Shown: one piece after another, positions 9,728-18,584 of the stretch
How the letters are laid out: each line of letters begins with the position of its first letter
How positions within the stretch are numbered: the first letter of the stretch is position 1
From: Sumerlaeia bacterium
GTDB taxonomy: Bacteria; Sumerlaeota; Sumerlaeia; SLMS01; JAHLLQ01
NCBI GenBank assembly: GCA_040219255.1
Contig: JAVJSW010000077.1
Span: 96,001 to 160,000 of the forward strand
Length of the DNA: 64,000 bases
Direction: 5' to 3'
Program-made: the position numbers and the translations under genes
The notes under the pieces: model-generated
Told to the model about the DNA's origin: nothing
Database searches by the model: none
Seen by the model: only the letters and a program-made list of their open reading frames with translations

Positions 9728-9824
9728 TCTTGTCCTCTCTGACCATCTTTCTCCTCTCCGCCCGGATGACCTTTGCACGACTTTGGCATCCGGGTTCGCC
9801 ATGCCTCCTCACTAAAGGTCCTCT

Positions 9825-10589
9825 ATGCTTCGTTCCCTCTCCGCCCTCCTGATCGCCGCCGCGCTGACGCTGCCGCTGACGGCGCAAACCACGCCTTCTC
9901 GCATCGGCTTCGTGGATATCGAAATCGTCCTGGAGCAAAGCCAGGCGCTGCGCCTCGCGCTGGACGAAATGGATCGCGAGCTGGCCCTTCGCGCCCGCGA
10001 AATCGACCGCCAGGAGCGGGAATTCCGCCGCCAGCGCTTCGACCTCGACCGCCAGGAGCGCCTGCTCTCGGAGGACGAACGCGAGCGCCGCCGTGACGAA
10101 TTGCTCGCGATGGAGCGGGAAATCGAGCGCGAGCAGTTTGAGTTCGAGTCGGACCTGCGATCCCGCGAGCGGCAGATCGAACCCGTCCTGGAATACATCA
10201 TGGACGTGGTCGCCGACGTGGCGGAGCGGGAGGGCTATGACATGGTCCTGCGCGGCGAGGTGGTGATCTATGGCAACCGCACAGCCGACCTGACGCCCCA
10301 GGTCATCACCGCTCTCGACGCCCAGCCGGACAAGCTCTCCGAGGTGATGGGCCTGGCGGGGCTTCCCGCGTCCCAGAGCCCGGCCGGAGCCACCGCCCCG
10401 TCGACCGCCGCGTCGACTCCTGCGCCCCCGCTCCTGCCCCAGGACCGGGCCGCCTCCTCGGCGTCCACCTCGGAGTCCGAGGCGACCTCCCGCCGGCGCC
10501 CCGGCAGCCCGCCGGTCACTCCCGCGGAACGCCCCGCTATCCCCGGCTTCGGCGAACGGACCGCTTCGACCTCCACAACCAATCCCTAG
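9825..10589 (+). CDS. skp: OmpH/Skp-family periplasmic chaperone with Pro/Ala/Ser-rich tail
   Basis: Signal peptide, RIGFVD, charged coiled coil, VAEREGYDMVL...DLTPQVI; lies upstream of lpxC. Confidence 0.85.
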   Translation: MLRSLSALLIAAALTLPLTAQTTPSRIGFVDIEIVLEQSQALRLALDEMDRELALRAREIDRQEREFRRQRFDLDRQERLLSEDERERRRDELLAMEREIEREQFEFESDLRSRERQIEPVLEYIMDVVADVAEREGYDMVLRGEVVIYGNRTADLTPQVITALDAQPDKLSEVMGLAGLPASQSPAGATAPSTAASTPAPPLLPQDRAASSASTSESEATSRRRPGSPPVTPAERPAIPGFGERTASTSTTNP

Positions 10590-10655
10590 GCAGTGGCTCT
10601 GCCGTTGACGCGAGGGCCCGATTGGGGTGCCCTGTTGCGCTTTGGAATTTTCTTG

Positions 10656-11537
10656 ATGTCGAATCAAATCTCCCCATCCCCTCGCCGAACGCTCCGCGAT
10701 CCCGTGACCTTCACGGGACCAGGCATTCACTATGCCGCCGAGGGCGTCCTGGAAGTTCACCCGAGCCAGAACGGTGGCCTGCACTTCATGACCGCGGAGG
10801 GGGAGCGCCTGCCGGCGCGATGGGATCACGCCGTACCCGAGGAATGCGACCGGCGCACCGTTCTGCGCTCGAAGAACGGCACCGTCATCGAACAATGCGA
10901 GCACATCCTGGCGGCCCTGGCGGCCTGCGGGATCACCGACGCCCGGCTGGTGCAGACCGGTCCCGAGCCCCCCTTCCTGGGGGGCGGCTCGAAAGAGTTC
11001 ATGAAGGGCCTGATGGCCGCCGGAACGCGGGAATTGGCAGGGGCGGAGATCGAGCCCCTGGCGATCGACCGGCCCTTCGCCTTTCGCGATGGCGACGCCT
11101 ATCTCATGGCGACCCCGCACGCAGGTCTGCTGCTGAGCTGTTTCGTCGAATTCCCCAACACAGTGGTCGGTTCGATGGGGGTGACGGTCGAGATCACGGC
11201 GGAGAATTTTCTGGACGAAGCGGCTCCGGCGCGGACCTTCGCCCGCGAAGCCGACATTGACGCCCTGAAAAAAATGGGGTTGGCAAGGGGCGGAAACCTT
11301 GACAACGCCGTGGTTTTCACTCAGCACGGGTATCGCAATCCGAAGTTACACTTTCCAGATGAAGTCGCCCGTCACAAGATCATTGATCTGCTGGGCGACT
11401 TGGCATTGATTGGCCGCCCTCTTCGAGGGCACTTCTGGGCCTGGCGCGCGGGACACCGCAGCCATGTCCGCTTTGCCCACGCCCTGATCAAGGAGTTTTC
11501 CCGTGAGCACTCAGCCCATGACCACCAGCCTCGATGA
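10656..11537 (+). CDS. lpxC: UDP-3-O-acyl-N-acetylglucosamine deacetylase
   Basis: G.GIH, EHILAAL, APARTF, GGNLDNAVV, HKIIDLLGDL and AGH motifs. Start moved to ATG 10656. Confidence 0.93.
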   Translation: MSNQISPSPRRTLRDPVTFTGPGIHYAAEGVLEVHPSQNGGLHFMTAEGERLPARWDHAVPEECDRRTVLRSKNGTVIEQCEHILAALAACGITDARLVQTGPEPPFLGGGSKEFMKGLMAAGTRELAGAEIEPLAIDRPFAFRDGDAYLMATPHAGLLLSCFVEFPNTVVGSMGVTVEITAENFLDEAAPARTFAREADIDALKKMGLARGGNLDNAVVFTQHGYRNPKLHFPDEVARHKIIDLLGDLALIGRPLRGHFWAWRAGHRSHVRFAHALIKEFSREHSAHDHQPR

Positions 11538-12012
11538 GCCGGCCCCCGCGCCGGACGAATCGCCCTTTCTCTTCACGCCCCCCTTCGGCGTCGAGGTCAT
11601 CAAGCAGATCATCCCCCATCGCTATCCCTTCCTGCTGATCGACCGCATCACGGCGATGGGCGAGGATTGGGTTCAGGGCTACAAGAACCTCTCGGCCAAC
11701 GAGGGGGTTTTCGACGGCCACTTTCCCCAGGAACCGGTCTATCCCGGCGTCATGATGATCGAAACCTTTGCCCAGGCCGGCGCCTGCTGGATCCTGTCGC
11801 ACAGGGAGCACCATGGCAAACTGGCCTACCTGATGACGATCGAGTCCGCCAAGTTCCGTTCGAAGGCCGTTCCCGGCGACCGCATCGAGATCGATGGCAA
11901 GATTACCAACTTGCGCTCGCGCACGGGCCGCATTGTGGGCAAACTGACGGTGGAAGACCGCCTGATCTGCGAGGCGACACTGACCTTCGCTTTCGCGGCG
12001 GGGAAAAACTAA
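11503..12012 (+). CDS. fabZ: 3-hydroxyacyl-ACP dehydratase
   Basis: IPHRYPFLLIDR and GHFP..PVYPGVMMIE motifs; AAGGAG RBS upstream. Confidence 0.95.
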   Translation: MSTQPMTTSLDEPAPAPDESPFLFTPPFGVEVIKQIIPHRYPFLLIDRITAMGEDWVQGYKNLSANEGVFDGHFPQEPVYPGVMMIETFAQAGACWILSHREHHGKLAYLMTIESAKFRSKAVPGDRIEIDGKITNLRSRTGRIVGKLTVEDRLICEATLTFAFAAGKN

Positions 12013-12032
12013 GGATCGCGCTTGGGAACGGT

Positions 12033-12926
12033 ATGAGCATTGAGAACGGCTCCAAAGTGACCGACGGGAAGAAGATTCCCAAGCTGATCGGCCTGATCGC
12101 CGGTGAGGGCGATTTCCCCGTGCTGCTCGCCCACGGCGCCCGCAGTAGCGGGGTCCGCGTCATCGCTTTCGGGATCAACGGTCTGGCGAGCGACCGCCTC
12201 GCTCCCCCGCTCACCGAAGGCATGCATACGCTCAAGCTGACGGACCTGTCGCGGCTCTTCGAACTTTGCCATCAGCACGGCATCGAGCACCTGATCATGG
12301 CGGGACGCGTGCCGCACAAGGTGCTCTTGCGCCAGATCAGCCTGGACTCGCGGGTGCTCAAGCTCCTGGGCAACCTGCGTAACAAGAAGGCGGATTCTTT
12401 GCTGAAGGCTGCCGTGCAGGAAATCGAAGCGGAGGGCATCAAGGTCCTCGACTCGACCCTGTTCCTGAAGTCCTGCATGCCCGAGGAAGGGATCCTGACG
12501 CCCGGGTTCCCGCTGAGCGAAGAGATCCGCCGCGACATGATGTTCGGCTATCCCATCGCCAAGGAAATCGCCCGGCTCGACATCGGCCAGACCATCGCCG
12601 TGAAGAACCAGATCGTGGTGGCGGTGGAGGGCGTGGAAGGGACCGACGCCCTGATCCGCCGGGCGGGCGAACTGGCCGGCCCCGGCGTGGTGATCGTCAA
12701 GGTCAGCAAACCCCGCCAGGACCTGCGTTTCGATGTGCCGGTGATCGGCATCAAGACGATCCGGTCGCTGATGGAGGCGAACGCCGGTGGCATCTGCATC
12801 ACGGCGGGCGAGTCGCTCTTCTTCGACCGCGAGGAGTCGGTGGCGAAAGCGGAGGCGGAAGGCATCTCCATCCTGGCCTACCGCGAGACGGGAACGGAAA
12901 CGCCCTACGAAGAAGCCCTCCGGTAA
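12033..12926 (+). CDS. lpxI: LpxI-family UDP-2,3-diacylglucosamine diphosphatase
   Basis: GLIAGEGDFP, DIGQT, AVEGVEGTD and KPRQDLRFDVPVIG motifs. Start moved to ATG 12033. Confidence 0.92.
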   Translation: MSIENGSKVTDGKKIPKLIGLIAGEGDFPVLLAHGARSSGVRVIAFGINGLASDRLAPPLTEGMHTLKLTDLSRLFELCHQHGIEHLIMAGRVPHKVLLRQISLDSRVLKLLGNLRNKKADSLLKAAVQEIEAEGIKVLDSTLFLKSCMPEEGILTPGFPLSEEIRRDMMFGYPIAKEIARLDIGQTIAVKNQIVVAVEGVEGTDALIRRAGELAGPGVVIVKVSKPRQDLRFDVPVIGIKTIRSLMEANAGGICITAGESLFFDREESVAKAEAEGISILAYRETGTETPYEEALR

Positions 12927-12933
12927 AAATGAA

Positions 12934-12975
12934 ATAACGCCCTGACTATCCTTCCCAAAATAGCCGGGGCGTTAT
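12934..12975. terminator. hairpin between convergent genes (probable bidirectional terminator)
   Basis: ataacgccctgactat ... atagccggggcgttat, a 16-bp stem with 2 mismatches. Confidence 0.65.
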
Positions 12976-13133
12976 CTCGCACCACAGAAAGCTGAACCGC
13001 TTGTTACTCGAATTCTCCGAAAGAGGGTTGGAAGTCTGGCCGCGCCTTGGCGGGTCATTCTTCCATCGGTCTTATCCCTGATGCCGAGGAGCCGGAGCGA
13101 CCACGTCCCGTCGGCGGTGATCCAAAAGCCTGG

Positions 13134-13295
13134 TTAGGAAACGAGCGTGTTCACCGAAACCGTGGCGATAAGGTAGAGCGCGAAACAGCCGGCGGCGAAC
13201 AGGGCGCCCCACTTGACGCTGCGCTCGATGCCGACCCGGTTCTGGAAGTACCAGTCGGACAGTTCCTCGCGATTGAAGGTCTTGATGGCTTTCAT
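13134..13295 (-). CDS. 53-aa small membrane protein (below the ORF-track cutoff)
   Basis: MKAIKTFNREELSDWYFQNRVGIERSVKWGALFAAGCFALYLIATVSVNTLVS; AGGAG upstream, GC-ending codons, one C-terminal hydrophobic helix. Confidence 0.7.
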   Translation of the reverse strand: MKAIKTFNREELSDWYFQNRVGIERSVKWGALFAAGCFALYLIATVSVNTLVS

Positions 13296-13649
13296 TGCTT
13301 CATTCTCCTGTGCGATCCGTATGAGTGCCAGCTCACATCCTTTTGTTGGCCATCATAAGAACAAGCTCCGTACCAACTCCCATCCCCCATCGCTGCCACC
13401 TCATACTTTACTGAACAATCGAGAGTTACCTTCCGATCTCGCCCTGCTCTCGTAGCGTCCGGCGCGTGGCCGCAACGTGGACCGGCGTTTGGCCCGATGC
13501 GTGATTGCAACGGGTTGCTCCGCTGTCTCGTTCCCGCATCGCGCGGGATTTTCTTCACCGCCGCTTCAGAAAAGGCTTTGAAGCGCGCCCCGGGCTGTGT
13601 TTACTCCGGGTCGCGTGCTGGATTTCGAGAGGAGCCGCGCCCATTCCTT

Positions 13650-14309
13650 ATGACCACCAAGACCGTCGTCGCTCCGCTCTTCCCCCTGCCCGGCTTCGTG
13701 CTTTTCCCCCGCACGATGGTGCCGCTGCACATCTTCGAGCCGCGCTATCGCCAGATGGTTCAGGACGTCCTGGCGGGGGATCAGCGCATCGCGACAGCGC
13801 AGTTGCGGCCCGGCTGGGAAGACGGCTACGAAGGCCGGCCGCCGGTCTACCGCATGGTGACGCTGGCCCGGATTCTCCACGAGGAGCGCCTGCCCCAAGG
13901 CCGCTACAACATCATCGTGGAAGGCATCCAGCGCGCCCGCATCGTGGAAGAGCCCCGCACCGACAAACTCTATCGCCTGACCAAAGTGGCCCCGGTCACG
14001 GAAGCTTTCCACGAGGACGAGCGCGACAGTCTGAAGTCCGCGACGGAGGAAACGGTGCGGCTGGTGGAAACGCTCGGCGAATTGACCCCGGACCTGCCGA
14101 AGTCCCTGACGAACCTCAAGAACATTCATCTGCACCCAGGCATCATCGCCGACCAGATCGGCCAATCGCTGGTCAGCGGCGGCTACGAACGCCAAGGCCT
14201 GCTGGAAGAGGAAAACCCGCTCCGGCGTCTGCAACTCGTGAACGTTCAGTTGCGTACGCTTCTGGCCCGCCACGTTCCAAACGATGAGGGAGAATCGCCC
14301 GAGTTCTGA
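13650..14309 (+). CDS. LON peptidase substrate-binding (N-terminal) domain protein
   Basis: [27 protein letters not shown] and GRYNIIVEG motifs; GAGGAG RBS. Confidence 0.9.
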   Translation: MTTKTVVAPLFPLPGFVLFPRTMVPLHIFEPRYRQMVQDVLAGDQRIATAQLRPGWEDGYEGRPPVYRMVTLARILHEERLPQGRYNIIVEGIQRARIVEEPRTDKLYRLTKVAPVTEAFHEDERDSLKSATEETVRLVETLGELTPDLPKSLTNLKNIHLHPGIIADQIGQSLVSGGYERQGLLEEENPLRRLQLVNVQLRTLLARHVPNDEGESPEF

Positions 14310-14328
14310 CCCGGGCGCGCCGCCTTTC

Positions 14329-15144
14329 GTGAACCACCTGTCCATCACCATCCTCACGCTCTTTCCCGCGTGGTTCGAGGGCCCCTTTGGCGAGTCGATC
14401 CTGGGCCGCGCCCGCGAGCGGGGCCTCCTCGATTTCCGCACCGTGGACCTGCGTCCCTACGGTGTGGGCAAGCATCGCAAGCTGGACGACACGCCCTATG
14501 GCGGGGGCGGGGGGATGCTGCTCAAGCCCGAGCCGATCGCGGCGGCGCTGGACGAGGCGGCGGGCGCGCCGGGCTCGGAGCGCCGCGCGCATGTGCTCTA
14601 TACCTCGCCGAGGGGTAGGCGATTCGTTCAGGACGAGGCAAAACGTCTCGCTGAGCTGGCTCTCGACCCGGGGCTGGTGATTCTCTGCGGACACTATGAG
14701 GGTCTGGACGAGCGCGTCATCGAAACGCGCGTGGATGAGGAAGTGAGCCTGGGCGATTTCGTGCTGACGGGCGGGGAAATCGCCGCCATGGCCATCGCCG
14801 ACGCCGTGGCGCGTATGGCGCCGGGGGTGCTGGGCAACGACGCCTCGGCGCCCAACGATTCGTTCTTCGACGGCCTGCTGGAGGGCCCCCACTACACCCG
14901 GCCGGAGGTCTTCGAGGGACGCGGCATTCCACCGGTGCTGCTCTCCGGTCATCACGCGGAAATCGAGCGCTGGCGCCGCGAAGAGTCCCTGCGCGTAACG
15001 CGCGAGCGGCGACCCGACCTCTACGACGCGTGGCGGCGGCGCCAGCGATCCGAAGCCCCGCCACCGGACGATCCGCCGCCCCCGACGGATTTCGCCGAGC
15101 CACAAGCCTTGACGGGATTGCGCCGCCGGCGCCGGGGGGCGTAA
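14329..15144 (+). CDS. trmD: tRNA (guanine37-N1)-methyltransferase
   Basis: [50 protein letters not shown]. Confidence 0.97.
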   Translation: MNHLSITILTLFPAWFEGPFGESILGRARERGLLDFRTVDLRPYGVGKHRKLDDTPYGGGGGMLLKPEPIAAALDEAAGAPGSERRAHVLYTSPRGRRFVQDEAKRLAELALDPGLVILCGHYEGLDERVIETRVDEEVSLGDFVLTGGEIAAMAIADAVARMAPGVLGNDASAPNDSFFDGLLEGPHYTRPEVFEGRGIPPVLLSGHHAEIERWRREESLRVTRERRPDLYDAWRRRQRSEAPPPDDPPPPTDFAEPQALTGLRRRRRGA

Positions 15145-15167
15145 AGGTGGGTGGCTGTTCTCCGGAA

Positions 15168-15444
15168 AAATCACCACAGAGCCACAGAGGGCACAGAGAA
15201 TTTTGGTTTTATTTGACTTGCCGATAGAGCCATATGGCGCAAAGTCGCGCTATCTCAGTGGAGACAGATGTTATTTGAGGTGGGCGACACGAGGGGCCGC
15301 ATCCCTATCTTTAGAGCAAACGTTCGATGGCACCTCGTGATGTCGCAGATCCTAGAGTCTTTATTGAACTTCCGAGTTCCTATCCCAACCGGCCTTCGGC
15401 GACCTCTGTGAAACCTCCGTCCGCTGTGCCTCTCTGTGGTGAAT
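15168..15444. repeat. element with CACAGAG-heptamer terminal inverted repeats, copy 2
   Basis: Left arm aaatcaccacagagccacagagggcacagag (15168-15198); degenerate right arm ctctgtg...cgctgtgcctctctgtggtgaat (15404-15444); AT-richer interior. Confidence 0.75.
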
Positions 15445-15451
15445 CAACACG

Positions 15452-17356
15452 GTGAGCACCCTGTTCCTCAGCGTCGCCCACACTGCGCTGATCGCGCTGT
15501 TCTGCGTGGCACTGGCTTGTGCCGGGATGCTGGTCTGGGTGCCGGACCGGCGCTCGGACCTGCCGGGGCGGGTGCTTGGCGCGTTGATTTGCTTTGGGTT
15601 AGGCTGGGGGTTGGTGGCGTTTCTGGCGCCGCTGCTGGGGCTGGTCGGGCTTTTTCGGCCGTGGGCGCTCCTGTCGGTGCTTGCCGTTCTGGCGGCAGTT
15701 GGCGCCTGGCGGGCTAGGAATTGGGTTCGTCACCCTCTGGAGTGGAGGAGCAAATCTCGCACGCTTTGGTCCCGGCTCGAAGGCTTTCAGCGCCCCTGCG
15801 CCGTGGTCGTGCTGGCCGTGATGGGGCTCATCAGCCTCAACGTGTGGATCGGCGGTCTGGCGCCCGATGTGAGTTGGCAGGCCCTGCAAGCGGACCTTTC
15901 CCTGCCGGGCCAGTGGTTGCTCAGCGGCCACCTGACCGTTTTTCCCTACGTTCCGGAAAGCGCCTCGCTCGCAGCGGGGCAGGCCGTGATGGCGGCGGTG
16001 CTGCCGCTGGGGGGAGCCGTCGCGGGCCCGGCGCTTTGCTCGGCCGCGGCGCTGATGGCGCTGTGGGTTTTTCCTCTCGCGGCCTGGCGCACGGGCAGGG
16101 CGGCGGGGGCGATTTTGCTGGCGGCCATCGTGCCCGCGCTGTGGATGCTGTGGGGGGCCACCGCTCCCCTCGGCGTGACCTTCGAGCCACTGGCTTCCCT
16201 CCTGATGTTCCTGGGGTTATGGGTCTTGATCGAGCCGCTGCTGGCTCCGGGCCCGGGGGCCTCTCCCACAATCGGCCGAGGCATCGCGGCGGGCCTTCTC
16301 TGGGGCACGGCGGCGGCCACGGCGCCGGTGACGTTGCTGTTTTCCAGCGCGTTCCTGCTGGTCTTCGCGATTTGGGCGGCGACCGGCAAGCATGCGGGGC
16401 TGCTCAAGGTCCTCGCCGTGGCGACGGGGACGATGGCGCTGGCTATGGCGCCGTGGCTGCTGAGAGCCGGGTTGGCGACAGGCAATCCGGTGATCTTCGC
16501 GCTGCCGCAGGCCTTCCCCGTGCACGAAGAGTTCCTGCCGATGGCCAAGGCTCTGGCCTCGCGGCCGCCGCTGTTCGGGTTTTCGCTGGCGGCGACGCTG
16601 AGCCAAAAGCTGGAAGCTTCGATCCGCACCTTCGACGCCTTTTTGGTAATGATGCCGTTGGCGGCGTTGTTCGCGCTGGCGGAGAAGCGCCCGGCCTGGC
16701 GCGCCGTTGGGGCCGGGCTGATGCTTTGCGCCGTGCTGGCGATCCTGCTGGGCAAGGGCACCGGCGGCGAATTCCGCGCCCAGGGTCTCGCCTACCTGCT
16801 CGCCGCGCCCGCGCTGGGGATCATGTTTCTGCGGATCGCTGAAGTCTTGAGGGAGCAACTCTGGGCGCTGGCCTTCGCGGTGCTGATCGCCGGGGCGGCC
16901 ATGACGGCGGGCAAGCGCCAACTGGAACGCGCCGCCTATCCCGATGTTCAGTGGCCCTTCCATCCCATCGTGACGGAGTCCGCCATGGGCGAGTGGACGC
17001 GCCACCAACCTTTCGGTCAGCAGTTGACCCACGGGATCGCAGTGCAAGCCTGGATGCCGGCGGATGCGAGGCTCTTGCTGGTGGACGCTCCCGGGCCGTT
17101 TTATCTGGAGCGGCGAGCGGTGTGGACGAGCCGTGGGATGACGCTGGAGTTCGGCCGCGACTGGCCCGGCCAACCGGCCACCGCCGTCGCCGCGGACCTG
17201 CGCGCGCGTGGCATTAGCCACATTGTCGTGACGCAGCCGCAGGCGATGCCTGCGCGCGTGCTGGAGATGGAGCGGGCCGGTCTGCTGCGCCGCGCGACCG
17301 TCCCGGCGGAAGCCGCGCCCTGGGTACTCTGGGAACTGGAAGGATCCCGCCGATGA
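15452..17356 (+). CDS. polytopic membrane protein, GT-C (ArnT/PMT)-like
   Basis: More than 10 hydrophobic segments, APWLLR..LATGNPV motif, soluble C-terminal domain; in an operon with a GT2. Confidence 0.65.
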   Translation: MSTLFLSVAHTALIALFCVALACAGMLVWVPDRRSDLPGRVLGALICFGLGWGLVAFLAPLLGLVGLFRPWALLSVLAVLAAVGAWRARNWVRHPLEWRSKSRTLWSRLEGFQRPCAVVVLAVMGLISLNVWIGGLAPDVSWQALQADLSLPGQWLLSGHLTVFPYVPESASLAAGQAVMAAVLPLGGAVAGPALCSAAALMALWVFPLAAWRTGRAAGAILLAAIVPALWMLWGATAPLGVTFEPLASLLMFLGLWVLIEPLLAPGPGASPTIGRGIAAGLLWGTAAATAPVTLLFSSAFLLVFAIWAATGKHAGLLKVLAVATGTMALAMAPWLLRAGLATGNPVIFALPQAFPVHEEFLPMAKALASRPPLFGFSLAATLSQKLEASIRTFDAFLVMMPLAALFALAEKRPAWRAVGAGLMLCAVLAILLGKGTGGEFRAQGLAYLLAAPALGIMFLRIAEVLREQLWALAFAVLIAGAAMTAGKRQLERAAYPDVQWPFHPIVTESAMGEWTRHQPFGQQLTHGIAVQAWMPADARLLLVDAPGPFYLERRAVWTSRGMTLEFGRDWPGQPATAVAADLRARGISHIVVTQPQAMPARVLEMERAGLLRRATVPAEAAPWVLWELEGSRR

Positions 17357-17625
17357 CGCAATTGTTCGAGATCGCGGTCGCCCTCTTCGAGATCGCGATG
17401 GCGTTTTCCTGGGGCTACATTCTGCTCGGCAGTTGGCCTGTTGGGCTGGCTTGCTGGCTGGCGACGGGCGGGCTGGCAGGCTATCTGGCCTGGCGAAAGA
17501 ACCGGGACTACTGGTTCTGGGGCGTGTTCGCGGGCTTTTTCTGGGGCCCCGGTTTTGTGGCCCTCGCATTCTTGAAGCCCCTCCCCCGCCCCGCCAAGAC
17601 CGACGAAGAAACCGAACCGACGTGA
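17353..17625 (+). CDS. small membrane protein
   Basis: ATGA/GTGA overlaps with both neighbours; A..KNR...W...G.F.GP pattern. Confidence 0.7.
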   Translation: MTQLFEIAVALFEIAMAFSWGYILLGSWPVGLACWLATGGLAGYLAWRKNRDYWFWGVFAGFFWGPGFVALAFLKPLPRPAKTDEETEPT

Positions 17626-18530
17626 CCGCTCCGCCCCTCCGCATTTCCATTGTGATCGTCTGCCTGAACGGCGCGAAACGCCTCGCGTGGCCGCTGGAGA
17701 GCCTGCGCCGATGCGATCCCCCGCCCCACGAAATCATTGTCGCCGACAACGGTTCGACCGATGGCACCGCCAACTTCGTCCGCGAGAACTATCCCGAGGT
17801 CCAAGTCGTCCGCGCGGATCGCAATCTGGGCTTCGCCGGAGGCAACAACCTCGGCATTGAAGCCGCCACCGGCGACGTTATCCTGCTCTTGAACGACGAC
17901 ACGGAACCCGAGCCCGACTGGCTGGCGCCGCTGGCCGAGGCCTTCGACGCCCATCCGCGCCTTGGCATCGCAGGTTGCCGGTTGCTCTATCCAGACAGGA
18001 CGACGGTTCAGCACCTCGGGGGCGTGGTCCACGATAATGGGCTGACCGATCACGTGGCCTGGGGCGACGAAGCCCGCGCGCAGGAAGCTGGCGGCATCGT
18101 GCCGGTGCCCTACGCGACCGGGGCGGCGCTGGCGATCCGGCGCGCCGTGATCGAGGAGGTGGGGCTGCTTGATGCGGGATTCTGGCCGATTTACTTCGAG
18201 GAAATCGACTACTGCGATCGCGCCCGGCGCGCCGGATGGGAAATCGCTGTCGTGCCCCGGAGCACCGTGATTCATCACGAGAGCCAAAGTACCGGCCGCC
18301 TGTCGCCGGGGTTCCTGGCCAAGTACCATCGCAACCGGATGCGCTATTTGCTGAAGAACCGGGACCGGCGCGGGCTGCTGCGGGCGGCGCGGGGCGAGGC
18401 GCGGTGGTGGCTGAGGCATCGCCCCTGGGACAATCTGTGGCCGTGCCTGAAAGCCTACGGCTATACGGCGGTGCACTGTCCGGGGATTTGGCGCGACCGG
18501 CGCCGGGACTGGAGTGGCCAGAAGGGCTGA
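17622..18530 (+). CDS. glycosyltransferase family 2 (WbbL-like)
   Basis: ISIVIV, DNGSTDGT, NLGFAGGNN, LLNDD and YFEEIDYC motifs. Confidence 0.92.
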   Translation: MTAPPLRISIVIVCLNGAKRLAWPLESLRRCDPPPHEIIVADNGSTDGTANFVRENYPEVQVVRADRNLGFAGGNNLGIEAATGDVILLLNDDTEPEPDWLAPLAEAFDAHPRLGIAGCRLLYPDRTTVQHLGGVVHDNGLTDHVAWGDEARAQEAGGIVPVPYATGAALAIRRAVIEEVGLLDAGFWPIYFEEIDYCDRARRAGWEIAVVPRSTVIHHESQSTGRLSPGFLAKYHRNRMRYLLKNRDRRGLLRAARGEARWWLRHRPWDNLWPCLKAYGYTAVHCPGIWRDRRRDWSGQKG

Positions 18531-18584
18531 AGGTTCGTTCGACAGTGTCGAACCGTCGAACCCACCGGGGCTTACCCATCCGAG

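Noticed and set aside
11490-11537. Possible frameshifted LpxC-FabZ fusion
   Set aside because: fabZ has its own AAGGAG RBS and start codon, and there is no convincing slippery site; an ordinary overlap.
18533-18571. gttcgac...gtcgaac palindromes between convergent genes
   Set aside because: Single and short; probably a terminator or decayed REP, with no further copies seen.
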